Shown: positions 13,473 to 25,110 of the stretch, one piece after another
Layout: the number at the start of each line of letters is the position of its first letter
Position numbering within the stretch: the stretch's first letter is position 1
Origin: Octopus bimaculoides
Taxonomy: Eukaryota
Length of the DNA: 64,000 bases
Reading direction: 5' to 3'
NCBI RefSeq assembly: GCF_001194135.2
Contig: NC_069002.1
Span: forward strand, 30,351,771 to 30,415,770
Made by a program: the position numbers and the translations under genes
The notes under the pieces: model-generated
Seen by the model: the letters and a program-made list of their open reading frames with translations, nothing else
Databases searched by the model: none
Told to the model about the DNA's origin: nothing

Positions 13473-16400
13473 CATCGGCACCCAATACAAACAACAAGGA
13501 AAAGGACTTAGAAGAATAATTACTTTGGTAAGAAAGACTTGAGAGAATCTCTGGGGACAACATGTAACAGTTTGACGATTGCCAGGGCAACAGGAACTCG
13601 GACAATCTCGAATTCTTCTGCGATAGATTTCTTGGCCAACTTGTGCTCACTTTCACTTTTCACCTAGAAAAAAAACAAGAAAACGAAAACAAAAACAAAT
13701 ATATATATATATATTTTACTCTTTTACTTGTTTCAATCATTTCACTGTGGCCATACTGGAGCACCGTCTTTACTCGAATAAATCGACTTATTCTTTCTAA
13801 GCCCAGTACTTATTCCATCGGTCTCTTTCTGCTGAACTGCCAAGTAACGGGGACATAAATCACACCAACATCGGTTGCCAGGCGATGGTGGAGGGACAAA
13901 CACACACACACACATACAATGGGCTTCTTTCAGTCTTCGTCTACCAAATCTACTCACAAGGCTGAACCCGGAACCATGTGGTTGGAAAGCAACACACAAA
14001 AAAATGCATAATTTTCTATTCTTTTACATTTATTTCCACCTTAAATATCTAAATTAATTGAGTTTTTACTCAAAGATTATAACTATAGCCTCAGGCCAAC
14101 CAAAGCCTTTGTGAATGGATTTGGTAGATAGAAACTGAAAGAAGCCCATCACTTATATGTGTGTGTGCGTGCATTTGTGTGAGTACCCCACCACAGCTTC
14201 ACAACCAGTACTGATGTGTTTACGTCTCTGTAAATTAGCAATCCAGCAAAAGAGACTGTTTAAATGAGTACGACACTTGCAAAAACCAGAAGTACTGGGG
14301 GTCGATTCATTTGACTAAAAATTCTTCAAGGCACTGCCCCAGCATGGCCCTAGTCTTTTGACTGAAACAAGTAAAAGATAAAAGATAAACAAACACATAA
14401 TCACAACATTTCCAAAGAACTGTCGCAAGGCATCTTTCGCTACCCGCACCCCATCCCTACACACACCTGCCTTATACCGACGCCATGCTAACAATGCCGT
14501 TCTACATTGGCTTAATTCTCAAAAGGAGAATGAAATTTCCCTTACTTTCTTCACAAGAACTTTGTACAACATCGGAATGATGTTCCTGAGAATTGTCTTG
14601 TGGATAACGTTCGCCATTTCTTCAGGACAGACCAAGAGCTTTACGACATTTCCTTTGTTGTCTTTAACTTCGCTGTAATTGGCATCAGTCAATTCTTCAA
14701 CAGTCCCGACAGGAGAACCATCATCATTGTCATCATTGTCGTCATCATTATTGTCAGCATCATTATCATCATCATCATCATTTAGTCCGGTCTGTTCTGT
14801 ACTCCCTGCAAATAGAAACAAAAGTACAAGAGTACTACAATATAATGATTGTGTTCTTAAGAAGTTCGTTTTCCTTCCATGCTGTTCGGGGTCCAATCCT
14901 AGTGCATGGTACCGGGGACATTTAATTGCATTTCACTGCAGCCCTGGATCAACCAATATCCTATGACTGGAATTTGGTAGACAGTTAAGATGGTGTCGAG
15001 TACACAAACACAAACAAGAGACATTGAGGCAACCTCGACATGGACACTCAACCTATTAGAAATAGCAGCCATGTCTCCCTCACATCATACCTGTGTCTTA
15101 AGAGTAAAAAACAAAAAAGGCAAAGCTACATTGGATAATTCAGTTGTGGATTCAACATATGAAACCAAGATAGGATGGTCACATCTGGATTGCCTCTGAT
15201 CATAACTCTGATCAAAGCTGACCTGGAGTTATACACAAGAAGAGGCACAACACAACGTTGTATGGAGTAGTCACAGAATTGACCTGGGGTTATAAACAAC
15301 AGCACAAACAACAAAAGTTATGTGGGATGGCCACAGTTGGAATATCTTTGACCAGAGCTGAACTGTGGTTATAATCAACAACAGCAGCAACAAACACAAA
15401 GTCGTAGATACAAACCTTGGTTGTCTTGTAAGTATTTCCCAAACGGTCCTTTGTCTTGGTCACTCTCATAGCTACTGTTGGACAAATCAAAGTGGAAACG
15501 GTCCAGAATGGTCACCACAACCCTGCAGGAGAGACACAAACAGCAAAAGAATAAGACATAACGATTGTATAACAACAACAACAATAATAATAATAATCCT
15601 TTCTACTAGAGGCACAAGGCTTGAAATTTTGGGGAGAGGGGGCCAAACACAGAAAGCTAAATCCATCAGAATGTAGCAGAATAAATTCTACCAGACTGTC
15701 AATCTCTTCATGTATACACACACACACACACACACGTCGCCACTGATGTTGTCATCATCATCATTGTTTTAATGTCCACTTTTTTATGCTTGCATGGACT
15801 GGACAGGATTTACTGAAGCAAGTTTTCTACAGTTGGATGCTCTTGCTGTCACTAACTCTCACCTGTTTCTAAGTAATATTTTCCCCTAGTTTGGACATGC
15901 TGTATTTATGATTAGGAGACAGAAACACACACTTATACAATGGATTTCTTTTCAGTTTCTGTCTGGCAAATTCATTCACAAGGTCCTGACTAGCCCAGGA
16001 TTATAACAGAAAACCCTTGTCCAAGGTGCATAAATAGATGTTACTATATCTTTCCTTCATCATCTCAATCAAAGAATTCCTTGCATACTCACCTGACCAA
16101 AATCTTTTGGTTCTGACTTTTGTTGTTCTTTGGCATTACCATTTTCTTCACATAAAACCGAAGTTGTTGCAGATAAACCTTCCATGATATCAGACCACAA
16201 AGGGAGCCCAAAAGCTCAATGGCCCTCTCCTGGATCCCTTCCATCTGTTTGTGCTCCCTCTGTATAATGCTCGATGCCAGTGGGAGGAGGTAACGAGTGA
16301 GGGCCTCCTGTGACATGTTGTAACTGCCGAGTTTTGCTGCCAGGCGGCGCAGGGCTCGAGACCGTCTCTGTACCTGTAAGAGAAGTGGAAGTGAGACAAC

Positions 16401-17313
16401 ACTGAAGAAGACCACAACTAAGTCAGTTTAGTGGAAATTGCAATGTACCACCTCATGGTACCTATTTACAACAATGTTACCTGGGCCATCACAGACATCT
16501 TGGTTGCAATATTTGTCAGATATTGGCACAGCCGAACACTTAAATATATGCACCTTGCAGACTTCCTTACGTTGCTATTCCAACAATTACAACACCCTCC
16601 CCTTGCAAGCTTTCTCATCATGCTATTCCAACAATTGCAACACTCTCCCCTTGCAGGCTTTCTTATCATGCTATTCCAATAATTGCAACACCCTTCCTTT
16701 GTAAACTTTCTCCTCTTGCTGTTCTAACAATTGTAACACCCTCCCCTTGCAAGCTTTCTTACCTTGATGTTCTTCATATTCTCAAAGAAATCAATATCTT
16801 TATCGTTGTCCGTCAGCTTAACGAGATCATCAAACGGTTTCACGGAAGAGAATTTTACAACAATTGCTCGCAAGATTGTGAAATATTCTCGGCAAATGCC
16901 CTGCAAATTAAGACAAATGACATTGTTAATTAATTAATTGCCAATATCAGCAAACAAAAAAAAAAAAGAAAAAGAAAGCTGAATCACTGCAGTGACCCTT
17001 AATCACAGGCATCTAGGGATCTAATCCTCTCCTCATCTATTTCTATGAATTTAGAGAACCAAATGGATTTTCATCTCATGAAAGGGAAAAAAAAAAGGGT
17101 GGAGTGGGGGAGGGCAGGGAGGATTATGGTGATAAAAATAAAGAATTATTGTTTCAGCTGCCTCAATAAGGTCCTTCTGCGGCATGCGAGTATAGAAAAG
17201 TGTTAAAATGATGATGATAAGACAATGGTTGTGGTGGTGGTGGTGGAAAGTGGCAACAATCGTATTAGCAAGGAGGATGATGATGATGATGATGGTGGTG
17301 ATGATGATGGTGG

Positions 17314-17347
<34 letters not shown>

Positions 17348-20300
17348 GATGGCAATGATGATGATGATGATGGTAGTGGCAATGATGACGATAGTGGTGA
17401 TGATGATGGTGGTCGTGATGATGACGATAGTGGGGGTAACAACTGATGACGATGATAACAACAGATTTTTCACAATTGCTTGGAGAAGAATTCTTACCTG
17501 GATAGGATTTTTGATGCCATGTTTCACTTTCGGCAGAAGAGTCTTAATAATGATTTCATTAAAGATGTGTTTCTCTGACGAAGAACCAGTGAGTTTGTTG
17601 ATAATGTTTAGTAAACACTGCGTACTGCTGTTGCGTATGGAAAGATCATCAACCTGTATGGGAAAGTCAAAGGAATAACATATAAGACAGAGAAATAAGA
17701 TATAAGACAGAGAAATAAGATATAAGACAGAGAAATAAGATATAAGACAGAGAAATAAGATATAAGTTGCAGAAATATCATATAAGATTCAGAAATAATA
17801 CACAATGATTATTGGTAAGACATGAAGGGAAAAATCTGATAGGAATGTGTTTAAGTCTGTGTTAAATGTAAAGTAGAAAAAAAAACTGTCAGATTAAATT
17901 TCTATGAAGTAATGATGAGGGATTCTATAGAGCTGCTCCAGATGTGTTTAATGAAGAATTCAAACATTTCTGATATTAAATTTGGCCTGTGAGACAGAGA
18001 GAGGAAGAGAGACAGAAAGAAGAGAGTGGGTTAGCTGACACGGAAGACTGGAAGCCATCTGAATATTGGGAAAGAGTTACCTGTATCAGGATGATTTGTG
18101 CCGGGAATCAAAATGCCGACAAAATGCTCTGTGGAGTCTGTAAAGGGTATAAGATGTGACATGGACATCATGGAAACCAAGTTCTCCCAAACTGTGATGG
18201 TCTTTAGGTGCATCTCGAGGGAGGGTGATGTCATGCCAACCCATATTTTTGAACAAAACTTTAGGCTTAGTTCAGACAGCTTTGCAAAGTTGCTGGAGAT
18301 TGTGGGCAAATCCTGGCTGGAAGGGGTCACTGCTGAAAGGCCATATGTGAAGCAGCAGGATTAGGCTCCTTGCCATACCCCAAGAAAGAGTCAGAAGTGG
18401 TCGTTGGAGAATTTCTATGACATCACCAGCCCCAATTTCTGGCCTCCTAATTTACCCCAACTGTAAATCCCATGGATTGCTATGTGTGGGGCGCAGTTGA
18501 GAAAGACACCAACCACTCTGCGTGTAACACCAAGGCTAAGCTGGTGACCAAAATCAAGGAGATGCTTGAAGCCCTTCCCTGAGACAGTGAGAATCACATG
18601 CTCCAGGTTCCAGAGTTGTGTTGAAGCTGTAATGGAATCTGAGGGCAGCTACTCTGAGTCAACTGTTATTTCCCAACCATAATTTACTTTTTTACTCTTT
18701 TACTTGTTTCAGTCATTTGACTGCGACCATGCTGGAGCACCGCCTTTAGTCGAGCAAATCGACCCCAGGGTTTATTCTTTGTAAGCCTAATACTTATTCT
18801 ATCGGTCTCTTTTGCCGAACCGCTAAGTTACGGGGACGTAAACACACCACCATCGGTTGTCAAGCGACGGTGGGGGGGGGGACAAACACAGACACACAGA
18901 CATATATATACATATACATATATACGACAGGCTTCTTTCAGTTTCTGTCTACCAAATCCACTCACAAGGCTTTGGTCAGCCTGAGGCTATAGTAGAAGAC
19001 ACTTGCCCAAGGTGCCACGCAATGGGACTGAACCCAGAACCATGTGGTTGGTAAGCAAGCTTATCTTTTCAAAATACTTTTATTTTTGGATGAATATTGT
19101 GTTTTATTTTCCTTGTGTGAAAAATTTAGCTCAAATGCCATTTATACATTTACTAATGGTGTCACAGGGGAGGATAACAATACAGATCCCAAACTGTTTG
19201 GTAGGGGTACCCAACCTAGTGTAACACCCAGCACCAGCGACTTGCACTGATACAGATATGGTTCATTTTTGGGGTATTGTTGCTGGGTATTGTTGATGGT
19301 AAAGACAGAAGACAAGGAAGAACAATAATGAAGAATAAGCAAATGGAATGAATTTTGGCAAAAGAAAGAGAATGAAAATAATAAATAAAAATGTGGAGTG
19401 AATACTGACAGTGGAAATAAAATGGCAGCAGTTGTAGATAATTGGAACAATGAAATCTGTGTCCAAGACTTCCATTTTGGTAATTAATTTGGAAGCAGTA
19501 TTGAAGGCAGAAAGACGTCTGTCGTAATCAATTTCTTCAAGTTTCTTGGGATTCCAAGAGTTGAGCTACAAGAAAAATGAGAGAGATATACACAGAGACA
19601 TGAGTATATAAATGTATACACATACAGAGATATGAATATACAGACACATATACACACAGTGGTATGAATATAGAGATACATAAACACAGGCATAGAATCA
19701 CATGCAGTTGCCTGTCTGTCTGTTCAATATCATAGAATACAAATGCATACATATGCACATATGCATACATATATACATACATAGACACACATACACACAT
19801 ATATATACAAACATACACACATACATACATGCATAAATATACACATACACGCACACATATAGATACTTGCACACATACATGTATACATATGCACATAATG
19901 CATACACACACACATACATACAAGGGCTAGCTGTGAGAGAAATATTTAGAATGTAAATATGTTCCATCTATGTTTCTGATGCAAAGAAAAAAAGTGGTAG
20001 GGGGAGTCTCCTGGCAGATTGTTTCATGGTTCGTTGACTGCGACTGCTTCAATAAGTTAGTGTGGTGAGTTTTAGTTTTACAAATAGGGAGAGATAACTG
20101 TGATAGATTGGCAGCTTATCCAGGAGAGGCTTGTCTTCCATCTATTTAATGCCACAGAAATCAGAGATAAACACAATGTAACCTTAGTGAGCCATGGAAG
20201 TCACAAGCCAAAGAGAGAGCCAGTACGTGGTCACTTGATTCGCTAGAAACAGCAGTTAAATCTCACTCAAATTTCACACAGATACTTTGAAGATACATAC

Positions 20301-23300
20301 ACTAGATGGTGTAGTCTAAGAAGGTTGTGTCCACATGAAAATATGGGACTATGGAGAGACAGGCAGGTAGATATACATACAGAGGTTACGCTCTAAATTT
20401 ACAAACCTATTCAGCCCACCAATAATAAAATACTGTAATGCAATAATAATAATATAATACTTACACCACATAGTACTTCACCAATGTCTTTTAGGTTCTC
20501 GTCTTTTAGGGACAGTTTCTGGAAAATGGAAGGAGAGAAATTGGTATCAGTTACGTGGGCTCATTATCTTAGATTAACGTGGCATGGATCATGATGGATT
20601 AATAGAAGATATATATGTATTATCTGAGAGTAAGATCTCACCAATTGTTCTGGTTTTGACGCAGCAGTATATAGTTTTAGAAAAAAACAATGTCTAATGT
20701 ATATGCATCCATCTAACCCATACTAGCATGGAAAACTTAAGATTAACAAATAAACAAATGTGTATGTGTGTGTATGTGTGTGTGTGTGCAAACACAGTAT
20801 ACATCTCTCTCTCTCTCTCTCACTATATATATATATATATACACACATATAAAATCAGTCACATACTTAATATGTGTGTTTTTATCATCATTTAACGTCT
20901 GTTTTCCATGCTGGCATGGGTTAGAGGCTTGACTAGAACTGGTAAGTCAGAGAGCTGCCCCATGTTCCAGTCCAGAATTGGCTTGGTTTCTATGGCTGGA
21001 TGCCCTTCCTAATGCCAACTGCCCCAAGAGTGTAGTGGGTGCCTTTTACATGTCACTAGCATGGGTGTTGTAACATGCCACTGGCAATCGTCCCGACTAA
21101 TTTCACTTGGTTTGATGAATCTTCTCAAGCACGGCAAATCACCAAAGTTCACAGTCACTTGGTCATAACCTCCATGAGGCCCCACATTCAGAGATCATGT
21201 CTCACCACTTTGTCTTCCTCTTCCACAGTTTCCCTAGCAACGCTTTTAGGTTGTGGTATTTAACCAGGGAAGATCCATTGAAAGATGCAGAGTATTCGAA
21301 AGACTTTGCCTGGTTTTGACATATACTACACTCTCGGAGTGGTTGGCGTTAGGAAGGGCATCCAGCTGTAGAAACTCTGCCAAATCAGATTGGAGCCTGG
21401 TGTAGCCATCTGGTTCACCAGTCCTCAGTCAATCGTCCAACCCATGCTAGCATGGAAAGCGGACATTAAAACGATGATGATGATGATGACTGTGTTACAC
21501 ACATACACAATTTTTTTTTTATTTAAATGAAAACCTATGCTATAACTTACCAATATCACATCATACAATAACTTCTTGGGTTCTTCATGGTTTATCGTAA
21601 ACAACAAATGTGTCATCTGTCTGTAAACAACAAAAAGCAAAACACAAGTTACTGGGTTTTTGTTTTTTGTTTATTTTAACCCAAACATATAACATGACAA
21701 GTGGAAACAATTTTATAACATCTTAAATCATAAATAATGAAATATATAATTCAAATGTACACCCCACCCCACCACCACACAAAAGCAAAAACCCATAGCT
21801 AAATATATTGAACAGCATTGAATTATAATAGCCATCTATGTATCATACTAAATGTATGTACACTGCTGACAAGGAATATACTGTGGGTTTTTTTTATCTG
21901 AGATAAAATCTCTTATAGATGTGCAGGGTATCAGAGGAAGACATGGCAACCTCACTAATGCTGGTGGCATGGAAAGAAAGAAATACACCCAGTATATGCT
22001 GTAATGTGGTTGGAATTAAGAAGGGCACCCAGCCATAGAAACCATGCCAAAGCATGACATTGGAGCTCAATGCAGCCCTGCAGCTCACCAGGTCTTTTTA
22101 CACCATTCAATCTATGCCAGTATGGGAAATGGATGCTAAATGATGAAGATGATGAAGGTGATGATGATGCTGATGGAGACAAAAAAATTGTCTCAGTGTG
22201 GCTAGTGAGAACATCTTATACACTTTGGCTTTGTTGAGCCTTGTTAATGTTACGAGCAGTTTCTGGCACAATTTTTCACCTCCCTCTAATATATATATAT
22301 ATATATAAGTCCATAAAGGAGGTAATCTCACAATCAATACTGCAGCAATTGCCCTATCAACAGTGTATATATACATTAAATATGATACGTAGATGTCTAT
22401 TTTAACCCTTTAGCAATCATAACAACCACAATAACAATGTTTTATATATGTGGGTTGTGTGAAGAGAGAGAGAAGGTACATACACATATACATGGAGTGA
22501 AGGGTGAAGGTGCATGGGCAGTGGTTAACAAGTTTACCTCATGATCATGAGGTTGATAGGTTCAAATCCTAGTCCCATAGCTTTGTAAATTTTGTAGATG
22601 AAAACTGTATAAAGCCTGTCAGGTGTGTGTGTGTGTCTATGTGAATGTTTACATTCTGCAGAGAGTTGATATATGGTGTCATCTGGCTGGACTGCATTTC
22701 CCCAGAAAACCGAGATGCAAACTTTATTACTCAGCAACAGGAAGAGCGTCCAGTAGTAAAATAATGCTTTGATAATATGTATTCATCTAACCCATGTTGG
22801 TATGGAGGGAAAAAACGGACGTAAAACAAATGAAATGTATGCAATAAATTACTTAATGATATGAACTATTAATTATACAGTGGTATATATAATTAATTAC
22901 CTCAACATTACCTGTATTAATAATAAGGTATTAATTACCTGAATAAGAGACTTGGTGGTTTCTCAACATGAGTCAGTAAGTTCAGAATGGAATTCAGCAA
23001 ATCAATTTCCATTTCCTTAAACAGAGAAAAAAATATATTAATTAGTGAATTAGTCTAGCAATTAAAACCAAACAAGTTATTATTTTACAGGGTACTGAGC
23101 TTCTTTGAGTGGCAGGTTTTCTATGGTCAGATGCTCTTCCTGTCACCAACCCCTACCTGTTTCTGAGTGAGATAGTGTTTTTCCCTCCTCTGTTAGGGGG
23201 CACAAGCATTTTTACAGACGTGTACAAACATAACGAGAACTTCCATCTTCCAAATTCAATCACAAGACTTCGGTTGATGCATGAGCGACTGCTGGTCTTC

Positions 23301-25074
23301 CACAAATAACCTTGCTTGGAGTTGTTCCTCATAGGGGAACTTTCTAGGTGAAATCCCATGATCATTCATGACCGAGGTGGGTCTTTACCATAAATATATA
23401 TATCATCATCATCATCATCATCGTTTAATGTCCACTTTCCATGCTAGCATGGGTTGGACGATTTGACTGAGGACTGGCGAACCAGAAGGCTGTGCCAGGC
23501 TCCAATCTGATCTGGCAGAGTTTCTACAGCTGGATGCCCTTCCTAACGCCAACCACTCTGAGAGTGTAGTGGGTGCTTTTACGTGCTACTTGCATGAGGG
23601 CCAGTCAGGCGGTACTGGTAATGGCCACGCTCAAAATGATGATTTTTACATGTCACCTGCACAGGAGCCAGTCCAGCGGCACTGGCAATGACCTTGCTCA
23701 AATGTTTTTTCATGTGATATATATATATATATATATAAGGTTCCATTGAATTAGGTACTTAAATTGAGGCACCTTGCGAGGTCAGTATAATCCACACATG
23801 CAAACAATATTAATTAAATACTGAATATCAAGATTCTGTGCAGGGGTGTTTGTACCTCATATTCCTGCCATGTACCTCATATTCTTGCCATGTACCTCAT
23901 ATTCTTGCCATGTGTGCAGACAACGCAAACGAACTAAGTGAAGATGTCTGCTCTTGGTAATTCAGACATGCACTTTTTATAAAGGTACTTTCTATAGTAT
24001 TTCCAAAGTGCAGATTCCAGGTTAAGTGAATAAAATATAAATGAGTAACAAAGATGTACAGGTGTCCCAAATGCTGTCAATGATGTTCACAAGGTGGGGA
24101 GTGTAGTACATCCACACAACCAAGATATAAAGTAAGAAGAAGGACAACAATAACCCAAAAATACAGCAAAGAAGTAAAAATTAGGGTCGGGGGAGATTTT
24201 AATAGGGAAAGTAGGAGAAAGTTACTTACCGTGGTACGAGGTATTTTCTTGATCAGGAATGGAAGGAGAAGTCTCACCAGATCAGAGCAAAGTCGGCTGT
24301 CAGTGACATCAGCTGAGATACTGGAGAGGACAAAAGTGAGAAAAAGAGACAGAACATCAGTGAGAGAGAGAAAGAACATGATATATATATATATATATAT
24401 CATCATCATCATCATCGTTTAACGTCCGCTTTCCATGCTAGCATGGGTTGGACATATAATTATGTGTATTTCTTCTATCTTAATGAATAAAAATTCTTCT
24501 GATAGAATAAATGGGTTAATAGAAACCAATGTAGCAAAGAACACAAAATAACTGTGGTTTAGTTCCTGTTTTTAAGGCAGGAACTCCTTGAAATTTTGGG
24601 TATTTGAGTATATTTAAGAATTTAAGGATTGGAGAAAACGCATGTTATAATTGCATACTTTATTCCTACATATGTTTCAAAGGATTACAACCTGTGTGAT
24701 CCATAGGGATCTTTGATATTAAAATTGTAACCTTCTCATCAGGGAAAGCATCTATATATTATAGATTCAGGTTGATATGGTACTTAAGTTAAGGCACCAG
24801 AATTTAGTACAGTTATTATCCATACAAATTTCAAAGTAAGGTGATTAAAATCAGTGGCTTATTTTGATTATATATATATATATATAAATGCTAAAAGGGT
24901 TAGAGGGATCTAAATTAAAACCTTCCATAAAAATTCTAGATGAAAGTATTAAACTGCATGGTTTGTTAGACCAAATGGTCAGCCCTTAATACATCGTTTG
25001 GTTCATCATAGATCCCATCAGACAACAAATAACTTCTACTACTACTACCGCCAAAACCACCACCACCACCACTG

Positions 25075-25110
<36 letters not shown>

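Noticed and set aside
16553-16768. CRISPR-like interpretation of the regular repeats (also 17681-17800, 49991-50205)
   Set aside because: No unique spacers, eukaryotic intron context and no cas genes.
17051-17678. Poly-Ile/Met/His/Ser ORFs here and at 4662-5030, 19537-19967, 29353-29677, 41987-42324
   Set aside because: Translations of microsatellites; only the exon-bounded parts match UTP20.
23936-23975. GTGAAGA-TGTCTG...CAGACA-TGCAC as a decayed hammerhead
   Set aside because: C3 and GAAA are absent; it folds better as a plain hairpin.
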